45,688 bases of DNA from a bacterium (GTDB lineage Bacteria > Desulfobacterota > DSWW01). The stretch covers positions 1 to 45,688 of the forward strand of contig JBFLZG010000037.1 in NCBI GenBank assembly GCA_040756235.1, in the 5' to 3' direction. The translations under genes and the position numbers were made by a program. This document shows, in pieces, positions 1-9,552 of this stretch; the first letter of the stretch is position 1, and every line of letters begins with the position of its first letter. The notes under the pieces are model-generated. The model was given only the letters and a program-made list of their open reading frames with translations. It was not told where the DNA came from and ran no database searches.

Positions 1-20
1 GACCGGCCGGTCGCCCCTAC
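1..20. repeat. Partial GTAG-type REP palindrome (truncated by window edge)
   Basis: gaccggccggtcgcccctac: internal palindrome plus a CGCCCCTAC tail like the 766-793 element. Confidence 0.55.
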
Positions 21-376
21 TTCCCCAGGCCCCATCCATCCGCTCGGTTCTTTCTTGTGGGTCAGCCCGGGTTTCTGTTAAAGTAACCTCGCCGGAGATC
101 TCTGCCCCTCTCCTCTGCCGCTGCTCGAGGAGCTTTGAGCCCGCATGAGCCGGCGCCGCCCGTTGAACTCTTCGGATGTGACCTTGGGGCCCGCAGATCG
201 GTCCACGGAATATCTTGCCTCGCGGTTCTGGTCGTGGCGTGCAGGCGCCCTGTGCATCCCTTCAAAGGACAAGAGCCGCATGCAGGATTCTGCAGGGTTC
301 GTGGAGACCTTTCAGCAGCTGGAGCGTTCTCGAATCGGAGGCATGAAAACCTGAAGAACGCAGAGGAGGGACCGAA

Positions 377-769
377 ATGGCGGTATTCAAGAACACCGAG
401 ATGATGTATGACACGCTGGGAGGGCTCTTCAAGAGGCTCTTGGCCGACCCCGAGAGCGGCCCGGGGTTCAAGGCAGCCAACGTGAGCATCAAGTTCGTCA
501 TCAACGATCCTGATGGCATCATCAACGTCCTGCCGGATCAGGTGCTCTGCGGCGAGTCGGCCGACGTGAAGCCGGACGTCACGATGACTCTGTCCGGCGA
601 TACCTGCCACGCCTTCTGGCTGAAGAAGATCAACTTGCCGATTGCTCTCGCCAAGAGAACGATCAAGGCCAAGGGGCCGGTCAACAAAGTGCTGAAGATG
701 CTTCCCATCCTCAGGCCCGCTTATGAGATGTATCCGAAGATCTGCGCGGAAAAAGGATTACCGACGTAG
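377..769 (+). CDS. SCP2-like sterol/lipid-binding domain protein
   Basis: 130 aa; GAGGAGG RBS; PDVTMTLSGDT...FWLKKINLPIALAKRTIKAKG matches the SCP2 C-terminal pattern. Confidence 0.8.
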   Translation: MAVFKNTEMMYDTLGGLFKRLLADPESGPGFKAANVSIKFVINDPDGIINVLPDQVLCGESADVKPDVTMTLSGDTCHAFWLKKINLPIALAKRTIKAKGPVNKVLKMLPILRPAYEMYPKICAEKGLPT

Positions 770-793
770 GGGCGTATGGCCATACGCCCCTAC
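766..793. repeat. GTAG-tagged REP palindrome overlapping the SCP2 stop codon
   Basis: Perfect 28-bp palindrome gtaggggcgtatgg/ccatacgcccctac. Confidence 0.8.
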
Positions 794-850
794 AGATCGG
801 CGGAACGCTCCGACGCGCGACCGCTCACGGAACTCCCGAGGAGGTAGCCG

Positions 851-2470
851 ATGGCCTTTGCCCTGAACCCCATGATTCTGGCCCACACGATCGAACAGAG
901 GACGAACGAGTCGCCCGACAAGACCGTGGTGACGATCGAAAACGGTCCGGACCAGCCGGACGAGCCGCTCACGTACTCCCGGATCTTTCAATCGATCAAC
1001 CGCCTGTCGGCCTATCTCAAGCGCAACGGAATCGGCCGGGGAGACACGTTCGCCCTGGTCATGCGGAACCATCCCGAGTTTCTGTACGCCTTCGGTGCGG
1101 CTTCCGCGACCGGAGCCGTCGTCGTACCCATCGACCCTCGCTCCAAAGGGGGCAAGCTCTCTTTCCAGGTCGCGAACACCAAGTGCAAGGGGATCATCGT
1201 CACCACCGAGTTCCTGGAGACCGTGGAGGCCCTGCTGCCGGAGATGGGCGGAGCGAAGATCCTGGCCGTCATCCACAAGCCCTGGTTCGGCCCTGCGGCC
1301 TCGAGCCGGTATCCGTCGTACGACGAGATCCAGGCCATGCCGGACCTCGGACCTCCGCGGGCCGCGGCCCCTGACCCGGAAGGGAAGCTCGAGATCATCC
1401 ACACTTCGGGCACGACCGGAGACCCCAAGGGAGTCGCGTTGAAAGGCAGCCGGATGCCCATGTTCGCCACCCTGGCGCAGCTCGTCTGGGGGTACACGCA
1501 GGAGGACGTGCTCTACACCGGGCTTTCCCTGACCCACGGCAACGCCCAGGCCGTGACGCTCGTGCCCTCTCTGTCGCTCGCCGTTCCTTCCGTGATCAGC
1601 ATGAAGTTCACCAAGAGCCGTATCTGGGACGTGTGCCGGAAGTACGGGTGCACGACCTTCAGCCTCCTGGGCGGCATGATGTCCGGCATCTACAACGAGC
1701 CGAGAAAGCCGAATGACGGCGACAATCCGGTGCGCAAGGTGTTGAGCGCCGGGACTCCGAGAGCGATCTGGGAGGAGTTCGAGAAGCGCTTCAACGTCAA
1801 GATCCACGAGTGGTACGGCGCGGTGGAAGGGGGCTTTGCCCATAACCCGCCCGGTTTCGGACCCATCGGCTCTTTCGGGAAACCCCTGGAGGGAGTGATG
1901 GAGATGAAGGTCGTGGACGAAGAGGATCGGCAATGCCCTCCCTTCGCTCCGGGCGAGCTGATCAGCCGGCTGGTGGGTCAGCCCACGGAAGTGGAGTACG
2001 TGGGCCAGAAGGAGGCTTCGGCCAGGAAGACTCGGGGGGGATGGCTGCGCAGCGGCGACATCTGCCACACGGACGAACAGGGGTGGCTGTACTTCGATTT
2101 CCGCAAAGGGGGAGGACTGCGCAGGCAGGGCGATTTCATCCAGCCGGACCACGTGGAGAAGATCGTCGGCGAGAACGGGAACGTCTCCGAAGTCTGCGTG
2201 TACGGCATACCCGCCGCGTCCGGCGCGCCGGGAGAAAGCGATCTGGTGGCCGCGGTGGCGCCCTTTCCGGGCAAGCGCATCGGCGAGCAGGAGGTGCGCG
2301 AGATCTTCACCCTCTGCCGGCGCGGGCTCGAGGCGAACGCCGTGCCTTCCTTCATCCAGGTGGTGGATGAAATCCCGAAGACGGCATCTGAAAAGGCCCT
2401 GGACCGGCTGCTCCGGGAGGCGTTCTCTCCCGCCGGCAAGGGCGTCTACCGGTTCGAGGATTACGCCTGA
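851..2470 (+). CDS. AMP-forming acyl-CoA synthetase (CaiC/long-chain-like)
   Basis: IIHTSGTTGDPKG AMP-binding motif, WYGAVEG, WLRSGD, IPKTASEK; GAGGAGG RBS. Confidence 0.9.
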   Translation: MAFALNPMILAHTIEQRTNESPDKTVVTIENGPDQPDEPLTYSRIFQSINRLSAYLKRNGIGRGDTFALVMRNHPEFLYAFGAASATGAVVVPIDPRSKGGKLSFQVANTKCKGIIVTTEFLETVEALLPEMGGAKILAVIHKPWFGPAASSRYPSYDEIQAMPDLGPPRAAAPDPEGKLEIIHTSGTTGDPKGVALKGSRMPMFATLAQLVWGYTQEDVLYTGLSLTHGNAQAVTLVPSLSLAVPSVISMKFTKSRIWDVCRKYGCTTFSLLGGMMSGIYNEPRKPNDGDNPVRKVLSAGTPRAIWEEFEKRFNVKIHEWYGAVEGGFAHNPPGFGPIGSFGKPLEGVMEMKVVDEEDRQCPPFAPGELISRLVGQPTEVEYVGQKEASARKTRGGWLRSGDICHTDEQGWLYFDFRKGGGLRRQGDFIQPDHVEKIVGENGNVSEVCVYGIPAASGAPGESDLVAAVAPFPGKRIGEQEVREIFTLCRRGLEANAVPSFIQVVDEIPKTASEKALDRLLREAFSPAGKGVYRFEDYA

Positions 2471-2497
2471 CGACAGATAGGGTGAACGCCCGCTTTT

Positions 2498-2784
2498 CGT
2501 CATCCCCGGCCAGCGGTTCCACCCGGGCTTGTAGGGGCGCCGCTTGCTGCGCCCGTTCCCCGGGATCCCGAGGCACAATGGGGTTCCCGCGCGGGAATGA
2601 CGGGAAAGAGGGGCCGTGCGTGTTTTCGACATCCCGGCCCATGTGCGAAGCGCGTGAGAGTCGGGATCCAGAAGGGTGCACCAGGACCAGCTGTGGTAAC
2701 TGGGAGCAGAGTCTGGACCCCGGCCTTCGCCGGGGTGACGGAACAAGATCAGGGACTGGATTCCGGCCTTGCGACGGAATGACG
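2498..2784. repeat. Cluster of CGTC/GACG-tagged palindromic repeats plus one GTAG REP
   Basis: cgtcatcccc...gggaatgacg; ctggaccccggccttcgccggggtgacg; ctggattccggccttgcgacggaatgacg; gtaggggcgc at 2531. Confidence 0.7.
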
Positions 2785-2825
2785 GGCCGGTTACGACACT
2801 GAATGCAATCGATAGGAGAGAGACG

Positions 2826-4067
2826 ATGTACCTGGAACTCAACATGGATCTCACGGATGAGCAGAACGCCCTGAAGGAGGCGGTCCACAAGTTTGCCAAG
2901 GAGGTCATGCGGCCTGCTTCGATCAAGCTGGACGCCCTCGCCGACCCGGCCGACGTGATCCGCAAGGACTCGATCCTCTGGGACGTGATGCGCAAGGGGT
3001 ACGAGCTCGGCTACAACTCGGTGCTGCTCCCGGATTCCTGCGGCGGGATGGGGCTCTCCCCGCTGGAAGTCGCCATCGCCTTCGAGGAGATGGCGTGGGG
3101 CAGCATCGGGCTGACGATCTCGCTTGGGGTCGCCTGCTTCCCGGCCTTCTTCGGCACCATGTTCGATGACGATCGCATCCTGGACAAATTCGTGAACCCC
3201 TTCACCGCGGACAAGGCGGCGAAGATCATCGGGTGCTGGGGGGTGACCGAGCCGGACCACGGCTCGGACACGCTGGCTGCAGGGACCCGGCAGTTCCGGG
3301 ACCCGAAGATCACCTGTCAGGTGCGCGCCCTGCGGGACGGAGACCACTACGTCCTGAACGGCCAGAAGTCGGCCTGGGTCTCCAACGGCACCATCGCAAG
3401 CCAGTCGGTCACCTTCCTCACCATCGATCCGTCGATGGGCATGGCCGGCGGAGGCATCTGTCTGACGCCCCTGGACCTGCCCGGCGTTTCCAAGGGAAAG
3501 CCCCTGAACAAGCTCGGCCAGCGCGACCTGAACCAGGGAGAGATCTTTTTCGAGGACGTGAGAGTGCCGGCGGAGTTCATGATCAGCGATCCGGAAACCT
3601 ATGAAGCCATGACCGACCTGACGCTCGCCACGGCCAACGCGTCCATGGGCACGATGCATGTGGGCGCCGCCCGCGCGGCCTTCGAGGAATCGCTGGCGTA
3701 CGCCCGCGAGCGCATTCAGGGCGGCAGGCCGATCGCCGAGCACCAGCTCATCCGGGCCAAGCTCTTCGACATGTTCGCTGCCATTGAAGCCGGCCGGGCC
3801 CTGGCCCGGAGCGCCATGATTTACAACTTCTCCAACACGCCGCCTGAAGTCCACTACTCCATCGCGAGCAAAGTCTTCTGCACGGAGACGGCCTTCCGTT
3901 GCGCCTCTGAGGGCATCCAGATCCTGGGAGGCAACGGGCTCACCCGCGAGTACCTGATGGAGAAGCTCTTCCGGGACACCCGGGCCTCCATGATCGAGGA
4001 CGGGTGCAACGAGGTCCTGGGGCAGGTGGCGGCCGAGAAGATCGTGAGCGGGTACGACGTAGGATGA
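2826..4067 (+). CDS. Acyl-CoA dehydrogenase
   Basis: VTEPDHGSD, LNGQKSAWVSNG, IQILGGNG, RASMIEDGCNEV motifs; start at MYLELN after AGGAG RBS. Confidence 0.92.
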   Translation: MYLELNMDLTDEQNALKEAVHKFAKEVMRPASIKLDALADPADVIRKDSILWDVMRKGYELGYNSVLLPDSCGGMGLSPLEVAIAFEEMAWGSIGLTISLGVACFPAFFGTMFDDDRILDKFVNPFTADKAAKIIGCWGVTEPDHGSDTLAAGTRQFRDPKITCQVRALRDGDHYVLNGQKSAWVSNGTIASQSVTFLTIDPSMGMAGGGICLTPLDLPGVSKGKPLNKLGQRDLNQGEIFFEDVRVPAEFMISDPETYEAMTDLTLATANASMGTMHVGAARAAFEESLAYARERIQGGRPIAEHQLIRAKLFDMFAAIEAGRALARSAMIYNFSNTPPEVHYSIASKVFCTETAFRCASEGIQILGGNGLTREYLMEKLFRDTRASMIEDGCNEVLGQVAAEKIVSGYDVG

Positions 4068-4405
4068 ACGAGGGGCGGGCCGGGGAGAGCCGATATTCAC
4101 AAGGGGCCTGAGTGGCGGTCCGCTGCGGCGTCCCGCCGCATCCTACATGCTCGAGGCGGCCTTCGGAGCGCAGCGGCCGAACGCTGAGCGGACCGTTCCC
4201 CTGCGTCCGGCCGTCACGTGCATTGCCTGACAGGCGCGCGAGGATCTGCGTAGGCTGCGCATCGGTAGACGCCCGGGTTTTCCGCTCCCGGGCCTCCCGC
4301 TCGATTTGAAACCGCTCGGAGAGTAGAATAGGCGTCGCTGTCCGGGCAAGCCGAAAAGCCGGGACCTGGTTCCCCGAAAATCGATCACGTACATCAGAGG
4401 GTGAA

Positions 4406-5683
4406 ATGCTGAAAAGACGAATCCAACGGTTGGTCTGCCTGCTTCTGGCCGCGTGGCTCACGCCGATCGGGTTTGCCTCGGCAGGGCAGGCCGATGCGGA
4501 GACGGGTGCCTCGGAGAAGCTGGTCCTGCACATCGACTTCGCGTCGTTCTTGAAGGAGTCGTTCCGGGTGAGCCCCGACGTGAAACGGGCGGCGCACCTC
4601 GGCCAGACGGAAAGCGGGTGGCACGTGGTCGTCGATGGCCGCAGGGCGGGGCCGTATGACGGCATCGCCCTGTCCCTCACCTTCAGCCCGGACAGCCGGC
4701 AGCTGGCGTTCATCGCTCAGGCGGGCGACGAGCAATTCGTGGTCCTGGACGGAGTGGAGGGCAAGCGGTACTCCGGAATCGGCACGGCTCCGGTCTTCAG
4801 CCCGGACAGTCAGAGGATGGCGTACGTGGCCGAGAAGGACGGCCAGTGGGTCCTCGTCCTGGATGGGAAAGAGGGCAAACCTTACGACGGGATCGGAACC
4901 GCACCCGTGTTCAGCCCGGACAGCCGTAGAGTGGCCTACGTGGCGGAGGCCGAGGGGTCGTGGTTCGTCGTCCTGGATGGGGAGGAGGGCAGGCGCTACG
5001 AGGGCGTCGGGACCGCCCCGATCTTCAGCCCCGACGGCCACCGCATCGCATACCTGGCGAAGTCAGGGGGCCGCTGGGTCGTGGTGGTGGATGGCAGGGA
5101 AGGGGAGAGCTACGAAGGGATCACGAGCCCGCCGGTCTTCAGCCCGGACGGCAAGCGTGTGGCGTTCGGCGCCGGAAGAGACGGGCGGCAGTTCCTGGTG
5201 GTGGACGGAAAAGAAGGCAAAGCCCATGAAGCCATCTGTACACCACCCATCTTCAGCCCGGACGGCAAGCACGTTGCCTACGGGGTCCGCCAGGGAACCA
5301 AGTGCACCGTGGTGACCGACGGGGTGGCGGGAAAGCCCTATGACGAAGTGGGCGCCGCGCCGGTCTTCAGCCCCGACAGCAAGCGTGTGGCATATGGCGT
5401 GCGAAGGGGAAAGGAGTGGCTGGTGGTGGCGGACGGCGTCGAGGGCAAGCCCTACGAGGGTGTAGGTTCGCCTCCGGTGTTCAGTCCTGACAGCCGTCAT
5501 CTGGCCTACGGTGCGAACGTGGGCAGGAAGCGGTTCGTCGTCCTCGACGGAAACGAGGGGAAGGAGTACGACGACGTGGTGAGCATGGGTGGAGGCAGGA
5601 TCGTCTTCGACTCGGACTCCCGGTACCACTATCTCGCGCTGAAAGGGGACGACATCTATCTGGTGGACGTCACAATGAAGTAA
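4406..5683 (+). CDS. Secreted PD40/WD40-like repeat beta-propeller protein (TolB-like repeats)
   Basis: N-terminal signal peptide; eight 38-aa FSPD repeats (114-bp DNA period) plus two degenerate ones. Confidence 0.85.
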   Translation: MLKRRIQRLVCLLLAAWLTPIGFASAGQADAETGASEKLVLHIDFASFLKESFRVSPDVKRAAHLGQTESGWHVVVDGRRAGPYDGIALSLTFSPDSRQLAFIAQAGDEQFVVLDGVEGKRYSGIGTAPVFSPDSQRMAYVAEKDGQWVLVLDGKEGKPYDGIGTAPVFSPDSRRVAYVAEAEGSWFVVLDGEEGRRYEGVGTAPIFSPDGHRIAYLAKSGGRWVVVVDGREGESYEGITSPPVFSPDGKRVAFGAGRDGRQFLVVDGKEGKAHEAICTPPIFSPDGKHVAYGVRQGTKCTVVTDGVAGKPYDEVGAAPVFSPDSKRVAYGVRRGKEWLVVADGVEGKPYEGVGSPPVFSPDSRHLAYGANVGRKRFVVLDGNEGKEYDDVVSMGGGRIVFDSDSRYHYLALKGDDIYLVDVTMK

Positions 5684-5903
5684 AGCCCCGGTCCGGATGT
5701 TGCGGGGGGCGTCGTCCCGAGCCCGGCGAGGGATCTCCCTGCGCACGATGTGGGTGGACACGCCGCCGCTCTGCCCCCTGCCGAGCTGCACTTGACGGCA
5801 GAAGCCTCTCTTCTCTGCTCCGGCAATTCCACGCCGACGCATCCTGCCCAGCGCAATCCCCTTCCGAGTGTGACTCGATGAAGCCGCCGGGCCGATGCAG
5901 CCC

Positions 5904-5932
5904 TTGACAGCGCAAGCCCATAAAAATATGAT
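5904..5932 (+). promoter_or_regulatory. sigma70-type promoter upstream of tetR
   Basis: TTGACA-17 nt-TATGAT. Confidence 0.7.
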
Positions 5933-6032
5933 ACGCAATGCGGGAAGCGGGAGGAGGGGCTGCCAGGGTCACATCCCCCGAGCGTTCCGAGTAATACTCG
6001 CCTTTTATCGACCGCCTGCGCCCCAAGGGAGC

Positions 6033-6644
6033 GTGAAGATCGCCCGGAAAGCTGCCGCCAAGAGTGCGCCCCAGGAGCGCCGTGAAAGGATTCTGGACGT
6101 CGCCCGAGTCCTGTTCGAGGTCCACGGATATCAGGGGACCACGACGGCGCAGATCGCAAGGGAGGCCCAGGTTCCGGAGGGGACCCTGTTCGAGTACTTC
6201 CGGACCAAGCGGGACCTTGCCTTCGCCCTGCTCGCGCGGGACATGGAGTCCTACGTCGATTTCCTGGAGCTGCACCTGCGCGGCATCGAAGGGGCCCTGC
6301 ACCGCATCCGAAAGTTCATCTGGTCTCACCTGTACACCTGGAGAAAACGGCGCTTCGTGGCCAGGTTCCTGATGCTCGAGATGCGGCAGGACGCGGGTTT
6401 CTTCGACAGCGCCGCGCACGGGCTCGCCTCTCGCTATCGGGATCTTCTGCTGAGCCTGGTGCGCGAGGGAATCGAGGATGGGAGCATCCGGTCCGACGTG
6501 GAGCCGGCGATGGTGTTGCATCTGATCCTGGGCGCCATCGAGCAGATCGCGCTGCCGTGGGCCGCAAAGGAAGAGCCCTTTGACGTGGACGACAACACCA
6601 GGGGCCTGTGCGATCTGGTCTTTCGGGCCATCCGGGCCGAATGA
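6033..6644 (+). CDS. TetR/AcrR family transcriptional regulator (FadR/YsiA-like)
   Basis: ERILDVARVLFEVHGYQGTTTAQIAREAQVPEGTLFEYFRTK helix-turn-helix; GTG start after AAGGGAG. Confidence 0.88.
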   Translation: MKIARKAAAKSAPQERRERILDVARVLFEVHGYQGTTTAQIAREAQVPEGTLFEYFRTKRDLAFALLARDMESYVDFLELHLRGIEGALHRIRKFIWSHLYTWRKRRFVARFLMLEMRQDAGFFDSAAHGLASRYRDLLLSLVREGIEDGSIRSDVEPAMVLHLILGAIEQIALPWAAKEEPFDVDDNTRGLCDLVFRAIRAE

Positions 6645-6694
6645 GGAACCGCTGAATCCGAGAGAGCTTGGGAAGCCTTAGAGGAGGAACCAGA

Positions 6695-7516
6695 ATGGAG
6701 AAGATGCTTCGGGACCGTGTTGCCATCGTCACCGGGTCCGGTCGCGGGATCGGGAAGGCCGTTGCGCTCCTGTTCGCCGGAGAAGGCGCCAAGGTCGTGG
6801 TGAGCGATCTGGATCCTGCTCCTGCCGAGGAGACGGGGAAGGAGATCCAGGCTCTGGGAGGGAGCTCGCTCGTCTTCCCGGGCGACGTGACCGACCCCAA
6901 GTTCGCGGAGCGGATCGTGCGGAAGGCGGTGGATACCTGGGGCGGTCTCCACATCCTGGTGAACAACGCGGGCTATACGTGGGACGCCGTGATCCACAAG
7001 ATGACCGACGAGCAGTGGGAAGCGATGCTGACCGTACACCTGACCGCTCCCTTCCGTCTGATCCGGGCGGCCGCCCCGTACTTTCGGGACGCCGCCAAGG
7101 CGGAGAAAGAGGCCGGCAAGGTGGTGAACCGAAAGATCATCAACATCTCCTCGACCTCGGGCACCCGGGGCAACGCGGGCCAGGCGAACTATTCTTCGGC
7201 CAAGGCGGGGGTCGTCGGTTTGACGAGAACCCTGTCCAAGGAGTGGGGCGCCTTCAACGTGCAGGTGAACGCGGTCGCCTTCGGCTGGATCGATACGCGC
7301 CTGACCCAGGACAAGGAGGCGGGACGTACGGTGGAGCGGGGCGGGAAGACGGTCGCGGTCGGCATTCCGGCGGCCATGCGCAACATCATGCAGCAGATGA
7401 TCCCTGCAGGCAGGCCCGGGACGGCGGAAGAGGGTGCAGGGCCGCTGCTCTTTCTCGCGTCCCCGCTGTCGGACTACGTGTCGGGTCAGTGCCTCGAGGT
7501 GACCGGCGGCTGGTAG
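6695..7516 (+). CDS. SDR family oxidoreductase (FabG-like 3-oxoacyl-CoA/ACP reductase)
   Basis: TGSGRGIG, NNAG, YSSAK catalytic YxxxK; GAGGAGG RBS. Confidence 0.9.
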   Translation: MEKMLRDRVAIVTGSGRGIGKAVALLFAGEGAKVVVSDLDPAPAEETGKEIQALGGSSLVFPGDVTDPKFAERIVRKAVDTWGGLHILVNNAGYTWDAVIHKMTDEQWEAMLTVHLTAPFRLIRAAAPYFRDAAKAEKEAGKVVNRKIINISSTSGTRGNAGQANYSSAKAGVVGLTRTLSKEWGAFNVQVNAVAFGWIDTRLTQDKEAGRTVERGGKTVAVGIPAAMRNIMQQMIPAGRPGTAEEGAGPLLFLASPLSDYVSGQCLEVTGGW

Positions 7517-7636
7517 CCGTCCTCGGGGCATTCGGACCGGTCCGGAACAGGGGCAGGAGGGCGGGAGAGTGCCCTCACGCCGATGTGCTCGGGGCCGGAC
7601 ATCTGCCGTGGATGCGTCGGAGGAGGAGAATTGCCC

Positions 7637-9193
7637 ATGGGCAAGACGGTGCAGGAAAAGATCCGGGAGTTGGAAGAGCGCGAGGCCGAGCTGCGAGAGA
7701 TGGGGGGCGCGGGTGCGGTAGCCAAGCAGAAGGAGTCCGGGAAGCTCACGGCAAGGGAGCGTCTGGAGGCGCTGTTCGATCCCGGCACGTTTCGGGAGGT
7801 GGACCTGTTCGTGCGCCATCGGTGCGTGAACTTCGATATGCCCGCAGCTGACATCCCGGCCGACGGCGTGATCACCGGGTTCGGGAAAGTCTGCGGTCGG
7901 ACGGTCTACGCCTATTCACAGGATTTCACGGCCCGGGCCGGAACGCTCGGAGAAATGCACGCCAAGAAGATCTGCAAGGTGATGGACCTGGCCGTGAAGA
8001 GCGGCGCGCCGGTGGTCGGGTTCTGCGATTCCGGCGGCGCCCGGATTCAGGAGGGCGTGGACGCCCTGGCCGGCTACGGCGAGATCTTTTACCGCAACTC
8101 GCTCGCCTCCGGCACGATCCCGCAGATCACGGCGATCATGGGGCCCACGGCCGGGGGAGCCGTTTACTCGCCGGCCATGACGGACTGGGTCTTCATGGTG
8201 GAACGGTCGAGCTACATGTTCATTACCGGCCCGGACGTCATCCGGGCAGTCACGGGCGAGGAGATCACCCAGGAGGAGTTGGGCGGCGCTCTTGCGCACA
8301 ACGAGAAGAGCGGCGTTGCGCACTATGCCTGTCCGAGCGATCGGGAGGCGATCGAGCGGATCCAGGACCTGCTCAACTATCTGCCGCCGAACAACATGGA
8401 GGATCCTCCCCGCGTCCCGACCGGCGACCCGCCCGACCGCGAGTCCCCGGAGCTGGACAGCCTCGTCCCGGACAAGCCCGGGGAAACCTACGACATGAAG
8501 GACGTGATCCGGGCGATCGCGGACGGCGGGGTGATCTCCGAGCCCCACGAGCGCTTCGCGCCCAACATGATCGTATGCTTCGCGCGGATCCACGGATACA
8601 CGGTCGGAATCATCGCCAACCAGCCCAAGGTGCTGGCCGGCTGCCTGGACGTGCACGCTTCCGACAAGGCGACCCGCTTCATCCGCTTCTGCGACGCTTT
8701 CAACATCCCGCTGCTCACGCTTTCGGACGTGCCCGGCTACCTGCCGGGCAAGGACCAGGAGTGGAGCGGGATCATTCGGCACGGCGCCAAGCTGCTGTGG
8801 TGCTACTCGGAAGCCACGGTGCCGAAGATCACCCTGATTACCCGTAAAGCCTACGGCGGGGCGTACCTCGCCATGTGCTCTCGGCACCTCGGCGCCGACC
8901 TGGTGCTCGCCTGGCCGACGGCCGAAATCGCAGTCATGGGCGCCGAAGGGGCGGCCAACATCATTCACCGGCGTGCGATCAAGGAGGCGGCCGATCCCAA
9001 GGCCATGCGTCTGGAGAAGATCGAGGAATACCGCAACCTCTTCTACAATCCCTACATCGCGGCCTCGCGCGGCTACATCGATCAGGTGATCCTGCCGCGG
9101 CAGACCCGCGCCCGGATCGTAGAGGCTCTGGAAGCGTTGAAGAACAAGCGGGAGATGCGGCCGCCCAAGAAGCATGGCAATATTCCGATGTGA
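7637..9193 (+). CDS. pccB: Acyl-CoA carboxyltransferase (propionyl-CoA carboxylase beta / transcarboxylase 12S-like)
   Basis: GKLTARER, DSGGARIQEG, GGAVYSPAMTD, DVPGYLPG, RKAYGGAY, PKKHGNIP. Confidence 0.92.
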   Translation: MGKTVQEKIRELEEREAELREMGGAGAVAKQKESGKLTARERLEALFDPGTFREVDLFVRHRCVNFDMPAADIPADGVITGFGKVCGRTVYAYSQDFTARAGTLGEMHAKKICKVMDLAVKSGAPVVGFCDSGGARIQEGVDALAGYGEIFYRNSLASGTIPQITAIMGPTAGGAVYSPAMTDWVFMVERSSYMFITGPDVIRAVTGEEITQEELGGALAHNEKSGVAHYACPSDREAIERIQDLLNYLPPNNMEDPPRVPTGDPPDRESPELDSLVPDKPGETYDMKDVIRAIADGGVISEPHERFAPNMIVCFARIHGYTVGIIANQPKVLAGCLDVHASDKATRFIRFCDAFNIPLLTLSDVPGYLPGKDQEWSGIIRHGAKLLWCYSEATVPKITLITRKAYGGAYLAMCSRHLGADLVLAWPTAEIAVMGAEGAANIIHRRAIKEAADPKAMRLEKIEEYRNLFYNPYIAASRGYIDQVILPRQTRARIVEALEALKNKREMRPPKKHGNIPM

Positions 9194-9279
9194 GCTGTTG
9201 GGCGGGCGCAGAGGGGCAGCGCAAATGCCCGCTCGATCGGAAGCGCACGGGAGCAGCATCTCCAGCGAAGGAGTCCGGA

Positions 9280-9501
9280 ATGAAGTCTGAGTTGAGAAAG
9301 GTAGCGGCGGCCGGCCTCGCGGTCATTCGGTATCTGGAGGCCGAGCGAGAACAGATGCAGGCTGCGCCTGCGGCAGAGCTCGCGCCGGCCCGCGAGCCTG
9401 CGGCAGAGGCTCTCCCGGGATCCCTCTGGGCGGCGAGCGGGCGCCTGTCCGCGATGCAGATCCGCAATTTGATGCAGTACCGGATTTTTCAAAAGAGCTG
9501 A
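9280..9501 (+). CDS. Small Ala/Pro-rich protein, putative carboxylase accessory (epsilon-like) subunit
   Basis: 73 aa MKSELRKVAAAGLAVIRYL...SLWAASGR; AAGGAG RBS; lies between carboxyltransferase and biotin subunit genes. Confidence 0.6.
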   Translation: MKSELRKVAAAGLAVIRYLEAEREQMQAAPAAELAPAREPAAEALPGSLWAASGRLSAMQIRNLMQYRIFQKS

Positions 9502-9552
9502 TGCGAGGGCCGTGGGTGACGTCACGGAACGGACGTGAAGGAGGAGGGATCG

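Noticed and set aside
4682..5490. Regular 114-bp periodic repeats resembling a CRISPR array
   Set aside because: The repeats are in-frame protein-coding units with synonymous variation; there are no unique spacers or cas genes.
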